DNA from: Thermoplasmata archaeon
Lineage (GTDB): Archaea; Thermoplasmatota; Thermoplasmata; Lutacidiplasmatales; UBA184
Direction: 5' to 3'
Assembly (NCBI GenBank): GCA_052326445.1
Contig: JBKQNC010000011.1
Coordinates: 65,229 to 129,228, forward strand
DNA length: 64,000 nt
Shown here: positions 1 to 9,711 of the stretch, piece after piece
Position numbering within the stretch: the first letter of the stretch is position 1
How the letters are laid out: each line of letters begins with the position of its first letter
Notes under the pieces: model-generated
Database searches by the model: none
Told to the model about the DNA's origin: nothing
What the model saw: only the letters and a program-made list of their open reading frames with translations
Program-made: the position numbers and the translations under genes

Positions 1-394
1 AGTGGTAGCGGGCGCCGACCAGGGGCGAGCGCACGTTCCGGAATATTCCGCGGCCGTCGTGCCGGACCGGAGAGGTCTCGCCGTGGACCGGCGCAGGAGC
101 CCGCACGACCTTGGCCCCGTAGAAGTCGGCGATCAGTTGGTGCCCCAGGCACACGCCGAGGAACGCGCGCTCCCCCTGCCACCGCCGAAGGAGCTCCCGC
201 GACAGGCCGGTCACGCGGCGGTCCCGCGGGTGACCCGGGCCGGGGGAGAGGACGACCGCGTCGGGGTCGATTCGCAGGGCGCCGCGGAGGGACCCCGTCG
301 AGCGGTAGCAGGTCACCTCGGCCCCGTGCGTGGCGAGCGCTTGGGAGATGTTGTACACGAAAGAGTCCTCGTGGTCGATGAGCAGGACCTTCAC
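1..394 (-). CDS. trpG: Anthranilate synthase component II (glutamine amidotransferase), partial; runs off the left edge
   Basis: Not in the ORF track. Hand translation from GTG 394 gives VKVLLIDHEDSFVYNI...SPGPGHP...GVCLGHQ...PVHG...RYH, all class I GATase motifs. Its start overlaps the trpE stop (GTGA). Confidence 0.93.
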   Translation of the reverse strand, partial: MKVLLIDHEDSFVYNISQALATHGAEVTCYRSTGSLRGALRIDPDAVVLSPGPGHPRDRRVTGLSRELLRRWQGERAFLGVCLGHQLIADFYGAKVVRAPAPVHGETSPVRHDGRGIFRNVRSPLVGARYH

Positions 395-1587
395 GTTCCT
401 CCCCCCAGCAGACTGGCCTCAAGTTGACCGAGCTTCGTGAGGGTCTCGTCGAACTCCCGATCCCCGTCGGAGCCGTGGACGATGCCCGCACCCGCCGCCG
501 TGTACAGCCGAGCGCCCGCGGCGAAGGCGCTTCGGATCGTGAGGGCCCAGTCGGCCCGGCCGCCCGGTCGAAGCAGGCCGACCGAGCCGCCGTAGGGTCC
601 CCGCCAGGTCCTCTCCTCCCGACGAAGGAGTTCGACCGCCCGGATCTTCGGCGCCCCGCTGACCGTTCCGGCCGGGAAAGTCGCGGCCAAGGCGTCCCAC
701 GGACCCAACCCCGGACGCAGCTGCGCGCCGACCCGACTCACGAGGTGCTCGAGCTGGGCGTACCGAACTCTTCGTTCCTTCCATAAGACCCGGACCGACC
801 CGGCGCGCGCCACCCGACCGAGGTCATTCCGTGCGAGGTCGACCAGCATCCGATGTTCGGAGAGCTCCTTGGGGTCCTGGGGCAACGGCAACCGTCCCGG
901 ACCCGCCGCATGCGGCAGCGTGCCGGCGATCGGGTTCACGCGAGCGGTCGCTCCGACCAGTTCCACGACCGATTCGGGAGAGGCCCCGAGGATCTCCCGG
1001 TCGCCGGTGCGCAGGTAGTAGAAGTACGCGTACCGCTCGGCGTCCCGGAGCCGGCCCGCCCTCTCGAGAAGGTCGCCGGGGCGGCGCCAGGCGCGTCGGT
1101 GGGCCAGGACCACCTGGAACGCTTCTCCCTCCCGGATGGCGGCCCGGAGACGATTGACGCTGCGACAAAACCGGGACCGCGGCAGAGTATCCGACAGGGG
1201 CGGGCCCGGGGACCGGTCGACGGGAGCGCGAGACCGGGTCCGGCGAAGAGGCAGGTCGACCAATCGCGGATCCGAGGCAAGCACGAACTCGGCGCAGGGG
1301 AAGGGCGCACCGGCTGGGAACGCCCGCAGGGCCGGTTCCATCAGCCCGACTGCGTCGAACCCCAGGTATCCCATCGCGGCGACGCCCCGACCCCGCGCGA
1401 GATGCGCTTCGACCGCCCGACGGGTCGGTCCCAGACCGCTCCGGGGGGTCACGGAAGGAAGGCATTCTCCCCGGTCAAACCAGACCGCCTGTCCGCGCGG
1501 ACCGGCGTGACCCGCCGCCCGCTCGAAGTATCCGGCGCACTCCGAACCCGCCGCCCGTTCGGCAAACGTGGCCCACGGGTCGTTCAC
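391..1587 (-). CDS. trpE: Anthranilate synthase component I (short form)
   Basis: Chorismate-binding motifs GEAFQVVL, GASPE, PIAGT (TrpE type, not the PabB PIKGT), EHRMLVDLARNDL, FPAGTVSGAPK and AGAGIV; coupled to trpG. Confidence 0.88.
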   Translation of the reverse strand: MNDPWATFAERAAGSECAGYFERAAGHAGPRGQAVWFDRGECLPSVTPRSGLGPTRRAVEAHLARGRGVAAMGYLGFDAVGLMEPALRAFPAGAPFPCAEFVLASDPRLVDLPLRRTRSRAPVDRSPGPPLSDTLPRSRFCRSVNRLRAAIREGEAFQVVLAHRRAWRRPGDLLERAGRLRDAERYAYFYYLRTGDREILGASPESVVELVGATARVNPIAGTLPHAAGPGRLPLPQDPKELSEHRMLVDLARNDLGRVARAGSVRVLWKERRVRYAQLEHLVSRVGAQLRPGLGPWDALAATFPAGTVSGAPKIRAVELLRREERTWRGPYGGSVGLLRPGGRADWALTIRSAFAAGARLYTAAGAGIVHGSDGDREFDETLTKLGQLEASLLGGGT

Positions 1588-2909
1588 CGGGAATTCTCCT
1601 CCACGAGCGTGCGGTGGAGCTGTCTCAGCACCTCCGACCCTCGCTCCTCAGGCACGGCGAGGGAGAGCGCACGAGGCGTCGCACTGAACCCTTCCGCCGA
1701 GGAGATGACGGACGCCGGGACCCGGCTGACGTCCGACATCACCCCATCCCCGATGACCGTCACGAGCGCGACCCGGAACGGGCCCTCGACCATCGCTGCG
1801 GCCTCTCGGGTGAGGGGCGCAAGGGCACGGAGCGCGGCCACGACCTGCGGTGGTTCCAGGACGAGGCAGAGGAGCGCGGACGAGGTATACAGTTGGACGA
1901 GGTTGATGCTCGCGGCGGCCACCCGCATGGAGACCTCGGCGACGATCCCCGGGCGTTGTCGGCCCCCGGGCACTCGAAGCCGGAGCAATCGCAGCGGCGC
2001 GAGCAGGGTCAGAGCCCGATTGTGCCGCTCGGTCCGAGAAGGTCCGATGGTCGTGACCACCCGCGGGTCCTCCAACGATCGTACCCGCAGCACGATGTTC
2101 TGGGCGCGGGCCGGCTCGATGGTGAGCGGGTGCAGGACGCGGGCACCGAACTGGGCGAGCTCCTCCGCCTCTTCGTACGAAAGCTCGGGGATCGGAAGGG
2201 CGGTGGGAACCTCTCGGGGGTCGGCGGAGAAGACGGCCACGTGGCGCTTGACGAGCTCGACCCGCTCGGCCCGCAAGATCGCCCCGATGCCGGCGGCCGC
2301 GTAGTCGGAGCCCCCGCGGCCGAGGGTGGCGACCCGGCCCTCCAAGCTCCGTCCGAAGTAGCCGGTCACGACCGGCAGATCCCCTCGCCGGAGGAGGCGG
2401 CCGAGTCCGAGCCGTACGGCCGGTCCGGACCGGTCGAAGAGGATGCAGGAGGCCCCGTACGTGTTGTCCGTGATCAGGCCGAGGTGGTCGGCTTCGACCG
2501 CGACCGCGGGCAGGTGGGCACGGCGGAGGGTCTGGACCAGCCAATCCACCGAGAGACGTTCGCCCTGGCTGAGGATGCGGTCGGAAAGCGGCGCGTCGGT
2601 TCCGGGGGTCCGCTCCGCGAGCTGGAAGAGTTGCTCGAGGCGGGTCAGGTGCCGTCGGCCCGCGGGGGAGAGTCCGGGATGCTTCTCTCTCAGCTCCGCC
2701 ACGATCGCACGGTGGAGCGTCGCCGACCTTGCGTGACGCATCCCCGACATGAGACGGTCGGTGACCCCGTCGCGCGCCGAGGCCACGACGACGAGGGGTC
2801 GCCCTTCGCTCAATGCTGTCCGAACGTCGGAAACGACCCGAGCCGGATCGGCGAGCGACGCGCCGCCGAACTTCAGCACGATCGGGCGACGCCGGGCCAC
2901 GGTCCTCAC
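1584..2909 (-). CDS. lysC: Aspartate kinase
   Basis: VLKFGGASL, SQGERLS, TLGRGGSDY, SADPR, SYEEAEELAQFGARVLHP and an ACT-like C-terminus. Start placed at GTG 2909, which overlaps the asd stop (GTGA). Confidence 0.92.
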   Translation of the reverse strand: MRTVARRRPIVLKFGGASLADPARVVSDVRTALSEGRPLVVVASARDGVTDRLMSGMRHARSATLHRAIVAELREKHPGLSPAGRRHLTRLEQLFQLAERTPGTDAPLSDRILSQGERLSVDWLVQTLRRAHLPAVAVEADHLGLITDNTYGASCILFDRSGPAVRLGLGRLLRRGDLPVVTGYFGRSLEGRVATLGRGGSDYAAAGIGAILRAERVELVKRHVAVFSADPREVPTALPIPELSYEEAEELAQFGARVLHPLTIEPARAQNIVLRVRSLEDPRVVTTIGPSRTERHNRALTLLAPLRLLRLRVPGGRQRPGIVAEVSMRVAAASINLVQLYTSSALLCLVLEPPQVVAALRALAPLTREAAAMVEGPFRVALVTVIGDGVMSDVSRVPASVISSAEGFSATPRALSLAVPEERGSEVLRQLHRTLVEENSR

Positions 2910-3979
2910 CGGCTCCGAAGGGGGATCGCGTTCCGGGCGAGGGCGTATTCGGCGTTCAGGACCGAACCTCCGGCTCCGCCGCGGACCGCGTTGTGCGAGA
3001 GGATGAAGAACCGGAGGAACGGCGGGTCCCAGCGGACCCGACCCACGACGGCGGCCATTCCTCGGGCTCGGGTCGGGTGACCCGCCCAGCGGTCGCGCAA
3101 GGGTTGCGGCCGGTCGACCGCCGCACGGAGCTCGACCGGCGGGTGCGGCGCCGTCGGCAGGTCCAGGTCCGCGAGCGGGTCGAACCGCGTCCAGGCGGCC
3201 TCGATGGTCGACCGGGTGGGCCGGGCGGCGGTTTCGACCGTGACGGCCTCGAGGTGTCCTTCGCGGGTCGCGACCCGGGCGCAGTGGGCCACCACCCGCG
3301 GCGGCCAGGGGACGACGGCTCGGCTCCGGCGATGGCCGAGGAGCCGCGCCGTCTCGCGTTCGACCTTCTCCTCCTCCTCCCGGATGAAGGGGATCACGTT
3401 GTCCGAGATCGCGAGCGATGGCACCCCCGGGTAGCCGGCGCCCGAGATCGACTGGAAGGTCGTGACATGGACGGTCCGGGGGCGGAGGAGCGGAACGAGC
3501 GGAGCCAGGCCAAGGACGAGGCCGGTCGTCGCGCAATTCGGGTTCGTGACCAGAAGACCACGCCCCCCGCGCGGAGGAGAGGCGAGCGCCAGGTGGTCCC
3601 CGTTGACCTCGGGAACCAGTAACGCCGCGCCCGGTTCGAGGCGGTGGTCCGAGGCGTTGGAGAACACTGAAACCCCGCGTCGCACGAGCTCCTTCTCGAA
3701 GGGTCCGGCCGTTCCGGAGGGAAGTGCGGAGAAGACGATGCGGACCCCGGAACGCGCAAGGGCGGCCGGGGTTTCGGAGCGGAGACGTACCGTTTCCAGC
3801 TCCGGAGGAGCAGCTTCCGGCAACAGCCAGACGTCGCCGAGCGCCTGCCCTCGGGAACGTTCGCCGCCCAGGAGCTGGGGAGCGCCGAAGCGGGGATGGG
3901 CGCTCAACAAGCGCGAGAAGTGTTGCCCGATGTAGCCGCTCGCCCCCAGGATCGCCGTGGGGATCGGGGTGTCGCTCAC
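2906..3979 (-). CDS. asd: Aspartate-semialdehyde dehydrogenase (archaeal type)
   Basis: ILGASGYIGQ, FSALP, SNAS, PEVN, catalytic TNPNC, QSISGAG and SHNAVRGGAGG. GTG start at 3979 overlaps the aroC stop. Confidence 0.95.
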   Translation of the reverse strand: MSDTPIPTAILGASGYIGQHFSRLLSAHPRFGAPQLLGGERSRGQALGDVWLLPEAAPPELETVRLRSETPAALARSGVRIVFSALPSGTAGPFEKELVRRGVSVFSNASDHRLEPGAALLVPEVNGDHLALASPPRGGRGLLVTNPNCATTGLVLGLAPLVPLLRPRTVHVTTFQSISGAGYPGVPSLAISDNVIPFIREEEEKVERETARLLGHRRSRAVVPWPPRVVAHCARVATREGHLEAVTVETAARPTRSTIEAAWTRFDPLADLDLPTAPHPPVELRAAVDRPQPLRDRWAGHPTRARGMAAVVGRVRWDPPFLRFFILSHNAVRGGAGGSVLNAEYALARNAIPLRSR

Positions 3980-5061
3980 GGCAGGAAGCCTCCTCGCAGC
4001 CCCAGGTCGGCCAGCGCGAAGGCGGTCATGCTCTCCAGTACCCCGACCGCCCGGGGGACGATGCATGGGTCATGACGACCAGTCACCGTCAGCGACGTCT
4101 CCGTGTGTCGAGCCAGGTCAACCGAGCGTTGCGGTCGCGCGATCGAGGAGGTCGGTTTGACCGCGGCCCGGACGATGAGCGGCATGCCGGTCGCGAGCCC
4201 GCCGAGGATCCCCCCGGCGTGATTCGTCAGGGTCCGGACCCGCTCCCCCTCCCAGATGAACGGGTCGTTGTGCTCGCTTCCCCGGAGGCGGGCGGCCCGG
4301 AATCCGGCGCCGAACTCCACCGCCTTCACCGCGGGGACCGAGAAGAGGGCATGGGAGACGACGCTCTCGATCGAATCGAAGAAGGGTTCTCCGAGTCCCA
4401 CCGGAAGGCCCGTCGCTCGGACCTCGACGACGCCCCCCAAGCTGTCGCCGTCCCGGCGCGCCAGGAGGACCGCCTCCTCCATTCGGGCGGCCGCCGAGAG
4501 ATCCGGGGTTTCCACCTCGTTCGTTGCAGCCCGGGATCGGAGGGTCGCGAGGTCGAGGTCGTCCGGGACGTCCGCATCGATCGGGCCGATCGAGCGGGTG
4601 AAGGCGACCACGTCGACGCCACGGGCCGCGAGCAGCCCCCGGGCGAGCGTGCCCGCGATGACCAGACCCACGGTCATCCGGCCGGAGAAGATCCCTCCCC
4701 CGCTCAGGTCCGCTTTCTCGCCGTACCGCACGCGCGCCGGAAAGTCGGCGTGGCCCGGTCGAGGGACGTCCGCCCGCCGGTCGTAGGGCTCACGACGAAC
4801 GTCCGTGTTGAGGACGTGGGCCCGGAACGGACGTCCGTCGGAGCGACCGTCGAGGACGCCCCGGTCGACGATCAACTGGTCTTCCTCCTGACGTCGCGTG
4901 GCCAGGCGCCGGCCCACCGGGCGTCGCCGGTCGAGCTGGTGCTGGATCGTCTCCAGTGAAATGGGAGTCCCCGCAGGAAGCCCCTCCACCTCGACGCCCA
5001 CTTCCGGCCCGTGGCTGGACCCGAACACCGTCATCTTCAGTCGAACCCCGAATTGCATCAT
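3976..5061 (-). CDS. aroC: Chorismate synthase
   Basis: FGSSHG, PRPGHAD, GGGIFSGR, GDSLGG, TNHAGGILGG, KPTSSI and GRHDPCIVPRA. Confidence 0.97.
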   Translation of the reverse strand: MMQFGVRLKMTVFGSSHGPEVGVEVEGLPAGTPISLETIQHQLDRRRPVGRRLATRRQEEDQLIVDRGVLDGRSDGRPFRAHVLNTDVRREPYDRRADVPRPGHADFPARVRYGEKADLSGGGIFSGRMTVGLVIAGTLARGLLAARGVDVVAFTRSIGPIDADVPDDLDLATLRSRAATNEVETPDLSAAARMEEAVLLARRDGDSLGGVVEVRATGLPVGLGEPFFDSIESVVSHALFSVPAVKAVEFGAGFRAARLRGSEHNDPFIWEGERVRTLTNHAGGILGGLATGMPLIVRAAVKPTSSIARPQRSVDLARHTETSLTVTGRHDPCIVPRAVGVLESMTAFALADLGLRGGFLP

Positions 5062-6326
5062 AGTTCCCGCACCTCGGCTCCCAACTTTCGTAACGCCAGC
5101 CAGAACTCAGGGAACGACTTTCTCGTCGCCTCCGCCGGGCCGACCTGGCTGGGGCCGCTTCCGGCAAGGGCTCCGACGGCGGCACTCATGACCATCCGGT
5201 GGTCCTCGAGATGGGAGAGACGGATCGCTTTCGGGGATAGGATCCCCGTGACCACCAGGCCGGCTCGCGTTTCACGGACCGATGCCCCGAGGGCCCGGAT
5301 CAACCGGACCGTTCCGGCCCGCCGATCGGATTCCTTGTGCGCCACGTGGGGAGCGCCAGAGATCCGGCTCCTACCGGGCGCCACGGCGGCTAGGACCCCG
5401 ACGAGGGGGTAGAGGTCCGGTGTATCGGTCAGGTCGACCGAGAATGGGTGGCGACCCCCGGCCGTAACCCTCACCCAATCGCGTCCGGAGGAGACGTGAG
5501 CACCGAACGCGCGGAGTAGTGGGAGTATCGCCCGGTCGGCCTGGGGCCACTGTTCGGAAATGCCATCCACCCGGACGGGGCCCTCTGCGAGGGCTGCCGC
5601 CGCCCAGAAGTACGCTGCGCTGGAGGCATCGCCCGGAACTCGGAAGCGCGATCCGTGGTAGCGCTGGCCCCCTCGTATGAAGTACGACCGGGGCCGACGC
5701 GTCACCCGGACTCCATGATGGCGCAGCAGTGCGAGGGTCGCGTCGATGTACGGGGCGGAGACGACCTCGCCCGTCAGTTCGAGGTGGGAATCCTCGTCGA
5801 GGGTGGGGAGCGTCAGGAGGAGTGACGAGACGAATTGCGAACTGTCCGACGCATCGAGCCGGACGCGGCCTCCCCGAAGTGGGCCGCATATGTCGATCGG
5901 TAAACCTGCCGGGGCAACCCGCACGGAAGCGCCGAGGGTGGACAGCGCGCGAAGAAGTCCACGCATGGGTCGGGCTCCGAGGCGGGCTCGTCCGTTGAAA
6001 CGGATCGGGCGGCCGCCGCGCGCGGCCACTGCGGAGAGGAAACGAAGCGTGGTCCCGGACTCGCCGCAATCTACGGTGGCGTGCCGGGGACCGACCTTCC
6101 GTCCGGGCCGGACCACCCAGGCGCCCCGGTCGAAATCCACCGTCGAACCCAGGGGCCCGAGGGCATCGGCGGTCGCCCGAGTGTCGTCGGCGTCCAACGG
6201 ATCCTCGACCCGGAACCGACGGCCGGAGAGGTGGCCGACCACGAGCGCGCGATGGGTGTAGCTCTTCGACGGTGGGGCGCGGACCCGACCGGTGACCGGC
6301 CCGGGAACGAGTCGGACTCGGGTCAT
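5058..6326 (-). CDS. aroA: 3-phosphoshikimate 1-carboxyvinyltransferase (EPSP synthase)
   Basis: PPSKSYTHR, CGESGTTLRF, SSQFVS, PGDASSA, KESDR, DHRMVM and KSFPEF. ATG 6326 overlaps the aroK stop (ATGA). Confidence 0.96.
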   Translation of the reverse strand: MTRVRLVPGPVTGRVRAPPSKSYTHRALVVGHLSGRRFRVEDPLDADDTRATADALGPLGSTVDFDRGAWVVRPGRKVGPRHATVDCGESGTTLRFLSAVAARGGRPIRFNGRARLGARPMRGLLRALSTLGASVRVAPAGLPIDICGPLRGGRVRLDASDSSQFVSSLLLTLPTLDEDSHLELTGEVVSAPYIDATLALLRHHGVRVTRRPRSYFIRGGQRYHGSRFRVPGDASSAAYFWAAAALAEGPVRVDGISEQWPQADRAILPLLRAFGAHVSSGRDWVRVTAGGRHPFSVDLTDTPDLYPLVGVLAAVAPGRSRISGAPHVAHKESDRRAGTVRLIRALGASVRETRAGLVVTGILSPKAIRLSHLEDHRMVMSAAVGALAGSGPSQVGPAEATRKSFPEFWLALRKLGAEVREL

Positions 6327-7168
6327 GGGTGCTCCTCCGACGTGAGCGGGACCATGAATCGTTCGGGCGGCAGAGAATCGAGGACCGCCGGGGCCCGTGC
6401 CTGAGGAACAAGCGAGACGAGCGCCGGTCCGAGACCGCTCACCCCGCTCGCGACCGCGCCCAAGTTCCGAAGGCGCTCGCGGATGTCGCGGTAGTCGTAG
6501 CCCATGACCCGCTCGACCAGGATCGTGTTCTGTTCCATCGCGTCGGACCAGGATCCGTCGCGCGCCGAGCGGGCCGCTCCCTCGGCCTCCGCCGCCCTCC
6601 GACGGAAGCGCTCCGCGACCGACGGAGACGCCGGATGGGTCCCCGCCGGAACGTGGACGACCGCCGTCCAGTCGGGATCGGCCGCGGACCGTCGAAGCAA
6701 CTCCCCGGTTCGGTTGTCCGTCACGACGAACCCCGGCACGAGACCGGCGAGGGCGTCGTCGAAGGCCCCGGTCGCGCTCACCCCCACCTCGCGACCCACC
6801 TGGGCCGCCATCCGCGCGACCTCGAGGGGGCCGAGGGGGGATCGGAGCGCGTCCGCGGCGGCGCGGATCGTGGCCGTTGCGACCGCGCTCGAACTCTTCA
6901 GTCCCTTGGCGACCGGGATCTCCGAGTCCAGCTGGAGATGGGCCAAGAACCCGCCCCCGGGGTGGAGCCGGCTGAAAGCGGTTTCGAGAGAGCGAAGGAC
7001 GACGGGAGTCTGCGAGGCGGCCGGCTCCACGTTCACCTGGGTGGTGTCCCTCGGCTCGAGCTCGAGCACGGCGGCGGCATAGAGGCGGACGCCGTGCGCG
7101 CAACCGATCCCCGTGGGGATCGCGTTCACGATCGAGATCGCGGCCGAGGAGCGACCTACGCCGCGCAT
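6323..7168 (-). CDS. aroK: Archaeal (GHMP-family) shikimate kinase
   Basis: AISIVNA..TGIG N-terminus, SEIPVAKGLKSSSA, SATGAFDDA and GVSGLGP. Confidence 0.93.
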   Translation of the reverse strand: MRGVGRSSAAISIVNAIPTGIGCAHGVRLYAAAVLELEPRDTTQVNVEPAASQTPVVLRSLETAFSRLHPGGGFLAHLQLDSEIPVAKGLKSSSAVATATIRAAADALRSPLGPLEVARMAAQVGREVGVSATGAFDDALAGLVPGFVVTDNRTGELLRRSAADPDWTAVVHVPAGTHPASPSVAERFRRRAAEAEGAARSARDGSWSDAMEQNTILVERVMGYDYRDIRERLRNLGAVASGVSGLGPALVSLVPQARAPAVLDSLPPERFMVPLTSEEHP

Positions 7169-8667
7169 CCGACCTCCTCAAGCACGGCGCGGACCGCTTC
7201 GGCGGGCGGGGGCGATCCCCACCAGCGTGCAAAGCTGGCCGCCGCTTGATAGACGAGCAGACGCTCTCCGCTCTCGTACCGTGCGCCGGCCGTCCGGGCG
7301 ACCTCCGCAAGCCCCGGGTCGGCGGGGCGGTAGACCCAGTCTAGCAGGTACGAGCCGGGGCCCAGGAGGCGCGAGAGGGGCAAGGAGAGCGGGCTGGCGG
7401 ATTCTGCGCCCGCAGGGGTCGCGTGGACGACCAACGCCGTCGGCGTGGCATCGGCCGGCGCCCCGACCTCGGCTCCGAAGGTCCGCGCGACCTCCTCGGC
7501 GCGCTCACTCCGACGGGCCAGGATGGTGGCTCGCGCCCCGAGGGCACGTGCGGCATAGAGCGTGGCCCGGCCAGCGCCGCCGGCCCCGAGGACGGTCAGA
7601 CGGTCACCATCCCAAATCCGCTCCGACCGGAGCTCCTCGAGACGCCGGGTGATCGCGAGCACATCCGTGTTCTCGGCTTCCCACCGGCCCCTCGTGTAGG
7701 TGAGGCAGTTGGCCGCGTCGCACGTCACCGCGGTCCGGGAAGACTCATGGGCCAATGTGAGGGCGGCGGCCTTGCAGGGATGGGTCACGTTGACCCCCCG
7801 GAAGCCGAGCCCCCCCAACCGGGCCACCACACTCCGAAGTTCCGCTTCGGAAGTGATCTCGAGAGGAAGGTAGAGACCGTTCCGTGCCGTCGCGACGATC
7901 CAGCGGTCGTGGATGGCGGGGCTCAGGGAATGGAACACGGGATGGCCGAGCACGGCGAACAAGGGCGGGTCGGCAGGGTCGGCGAAGAACCGTTGCAGAC
8001 GGTCGACCGGGATCTGGGTCGGCTCGACCGCGCGGGGACCGTTCGACCGGGCGTTCTCGGGCAAGGCGGCATAGACGAGAGGCAGACCCAGCTTCTTCCC
8101 CAATGCGCGCAGCAGCGGGCCGGAGCTTCCCGTGGTGTGAAGGACTCGATCGTGGGGATGGGTGAGCCGCTGTACTACCGGAATCAAATCGTCGATGGCG
8201 ACCTCCACCGAAGCCGGCAGCACGAGTTTCCGAATGGTACCGGGGGTCACCGGTGCTTCGAGCTCGCGCACGACGTCGGAAACCTTGGTTCCCGGCGCAA
8301 AGTGGGTGGAGCGGATCGTTCCGAACGCCGTGACTCCTGACCGAGCCTGGGCGACAGGCGGGTCGCGAGCAGCCTCGAGGTCCAGCCACTCGAAGGGGAA
8401 GGTCGCCAGCCAGGCGAGAAGGGAGGCCCGATCCCCCGGTTCGTCCGGACCCTCCCCTCCTTCGGTCCGGGAGCGTAGGGTCGCCATGAGCGGCAACGAC
8501 GACGGGAACAAGGCGCCTACCTGCGCACGTTCCGCCGCGGTCCAGAGGTCGATCCGCACCTCGGCGAGGTTCGCTCCCGCTGATCGAGCTTCCTCGATTT
8601 GCCGACGCGCCTCCGCCACGGAGCGGGCGGGGAGAGTGGCAACCAGACGGGGAGGGCCGACGATCAC
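7156..8667 (-). CDS. aroDE: Bifunctional type I 3-dehydroquinate dehydratase / shikimate dehydrogenase
   Basis: N-half has EVRID, TLRSRTEGG, DLE and STH..K (AroD). C-half has LGHPVFHSLSP, GVNVTHPCK, NTD, LGAGGAG and DWVYRP (AroE). GTG 8667 overlaps the aroB' stop. Confidence 0.9.
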   Translation of the reverse strand: MIVGPPRLVATLPARSVAEARRQIEEARSAGANLAEVRIDLWTAAERAQVGALFPSSLPLMATLRSRTEGGEGPDEPGDRASLLAWLATFPFEWLDLEAARDPPVAQARSGVTAFGTIRSTHFAPGTKVSDVVRELEAPVTPGTIRKLVLPASVEVAIDDLIPVVQRLTHPHDRVLHTTGSSGPLLRALGKKLGLPLVYAALPENARSNGPRAVEPTQIPVDRLQRFFADPADPPLFAVLGHPVFHSLSPAIHDRWIVATARNGLYLPLEITSEAELRSVVARLGGLGFRGVNVTHPCKAAALTLAHESSRTAVTCDAANCLTYTRGRWEAENTDVLAITRRLEELRSERIWDGDRLTVLGAGGAGRATLYAARALGARATILARRSERAEEVARTFGAEVGAPADATPTALVVHATPAGAESASPLSLPLSRLLGPGSYLLDWVYRPADPGLAEVARTAGARYESGERLLVYQAAASFARWWGSPPPAEAVRAVLEEVGCAA

Positions 8668-9695
8668 CGCTCCTCGATCGTCTCGTCCACGGGTTGTCCG
8701 AGATGCCGAGCGGCCGGCAGGCGAACGCCCCGAACCGACGTGCCGACCCGGAGTTCGGTCGTCGGCGTGGGACCCTCGGTCGTCGTCAGTCGGACCGACT
8801 CCGCCTCCTGGAGGAAGATAGTCCTCGGCGCCCCGCGGTCGTCGGCCCGTACGAGGACCATCGGGCGCCGCTCGACCTTGATCCGGCCCACCCGGACCGA
8901 ACGGATGGAGGCGTCCGGCTTGGCCACCAACACCGCGTCTCCGGCCGCGAGCTCGGACAGGTAGCGGGTCGAACCGTCCGGGAGCAGCACGTACGAGTGG
9001 GCCGAGCCAGCGTTCACACGGAACGGGCGCGGCCGGCTGAACTTGGAGCCCAGGGCTTCGCTCGCGACGTGGAAGAGGAATGCGGCGGCGCTGCCGACGA
9101 GGAGACCCTCCTCGGGGCGCAGGAGCGAGGTCGTGTCGACGAGGACGCGATCCCCGAGGCCCGCCGGTGCGACCGAGAGCAGCGGAACGGTCGACCACTC
9201 CAGGCGGGAGGGAAGAGGGCCCTCGACCAGGCTTTCCAAATGGTCGATCCCCTCCGGAGTGGTCACATCCACGATGACGAGGTCTGCCCCGTGTTCGAGA
9301 GCGCCCAGCGCCCCCGGCACCTCAGCCGGAGAACGGGCGACGACCCAGAGGGTGAAGCGTTGGCCCCGCGCGGCGACCGCGTTCTCGAGGGGGATCACAC
9401 GGTCCGCGGTCCATTCGATGGCGAGGACCCCGCCCGAGGGAGCGCTCTGGAGCGCGCCCGTGAGCTCCCCTTCCGTGTCCACCCGGGTGATCGGGATCGG
9501 AATCGCCGAGCCGCCGGGGTCGAGCGAGCCCGCCCTTTCCTGGATCACGATGTCATCGGGGTCATGGGGCTGGCCGGATTGGGTCGTCGAGAGGACGAAC
9601 CGATGGAACCCTCGCTGGCGAGCGCGTTCGAGGATCGCCCCGGTACCGTCCGGGGTCGCGGTTCGCGGGCGAATCGCGACTCGATCCCGCGACAT
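8664..9695 (-). CDS. aroB': 3-dehydroquinate synthase II (archaeal, DKFP pathway)
   Basis: VIPLEN, LEHGAD, GDRVLVDT, GLLVGS, RPFRVNAG, YLSEL, GRIKVERRP, LQEAE and ARHLG..VDETIEER; GGAGG SD upstream of ATG 9695. Confidence 0.93.
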   Translation of the reverse strand: MSRDRVAIRPRTATPDGTGAILERARQRGFHRFVLSTTQSGQPHDPDDIVIQERAGSLDPGGSAIPIPITRVDTEGELTGALQSAPSGGVLAIEWTADRVIPLENAVAARGQRFTLWVVARSPAEVPGALGALEHGADLVIVDVTTPEGIDHLESLVEGPLPSRLEWSTVPLLSVAPAGLGDRVLVDTTSLLRPEEGLLVGSAAAFLFHVASEALGSKFSRPRPFRVNAGSAHSYVLLPDGSTRYLSELAAGDAVLVAKPDASIRSVRVGRIKVERRPMVLVRADDRGAPRTIFLQEAESVRLTTTEGPTPTTELRVGTSVRGVRLPAARHLGQPVDETIEER

Positions 9696-9711
9696 CGCCC
9701 CCACCCTCCGT

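Noticed and set aside
391..1587. PabB instead of TrpE
   Set aside because: It has PIAGT rather than PIKGT, and it sits in an operon with a Trp-codon leader.
2910..3536. Long N-terminal extensions in the ORF track for lysC, aroA, aroDE, the CoA-transferase and TBP
   Set aside because: They overlap neighbouring genes and are Arg/Pro-rich noise; stop-start overlaps and motifs define the shorter starts.
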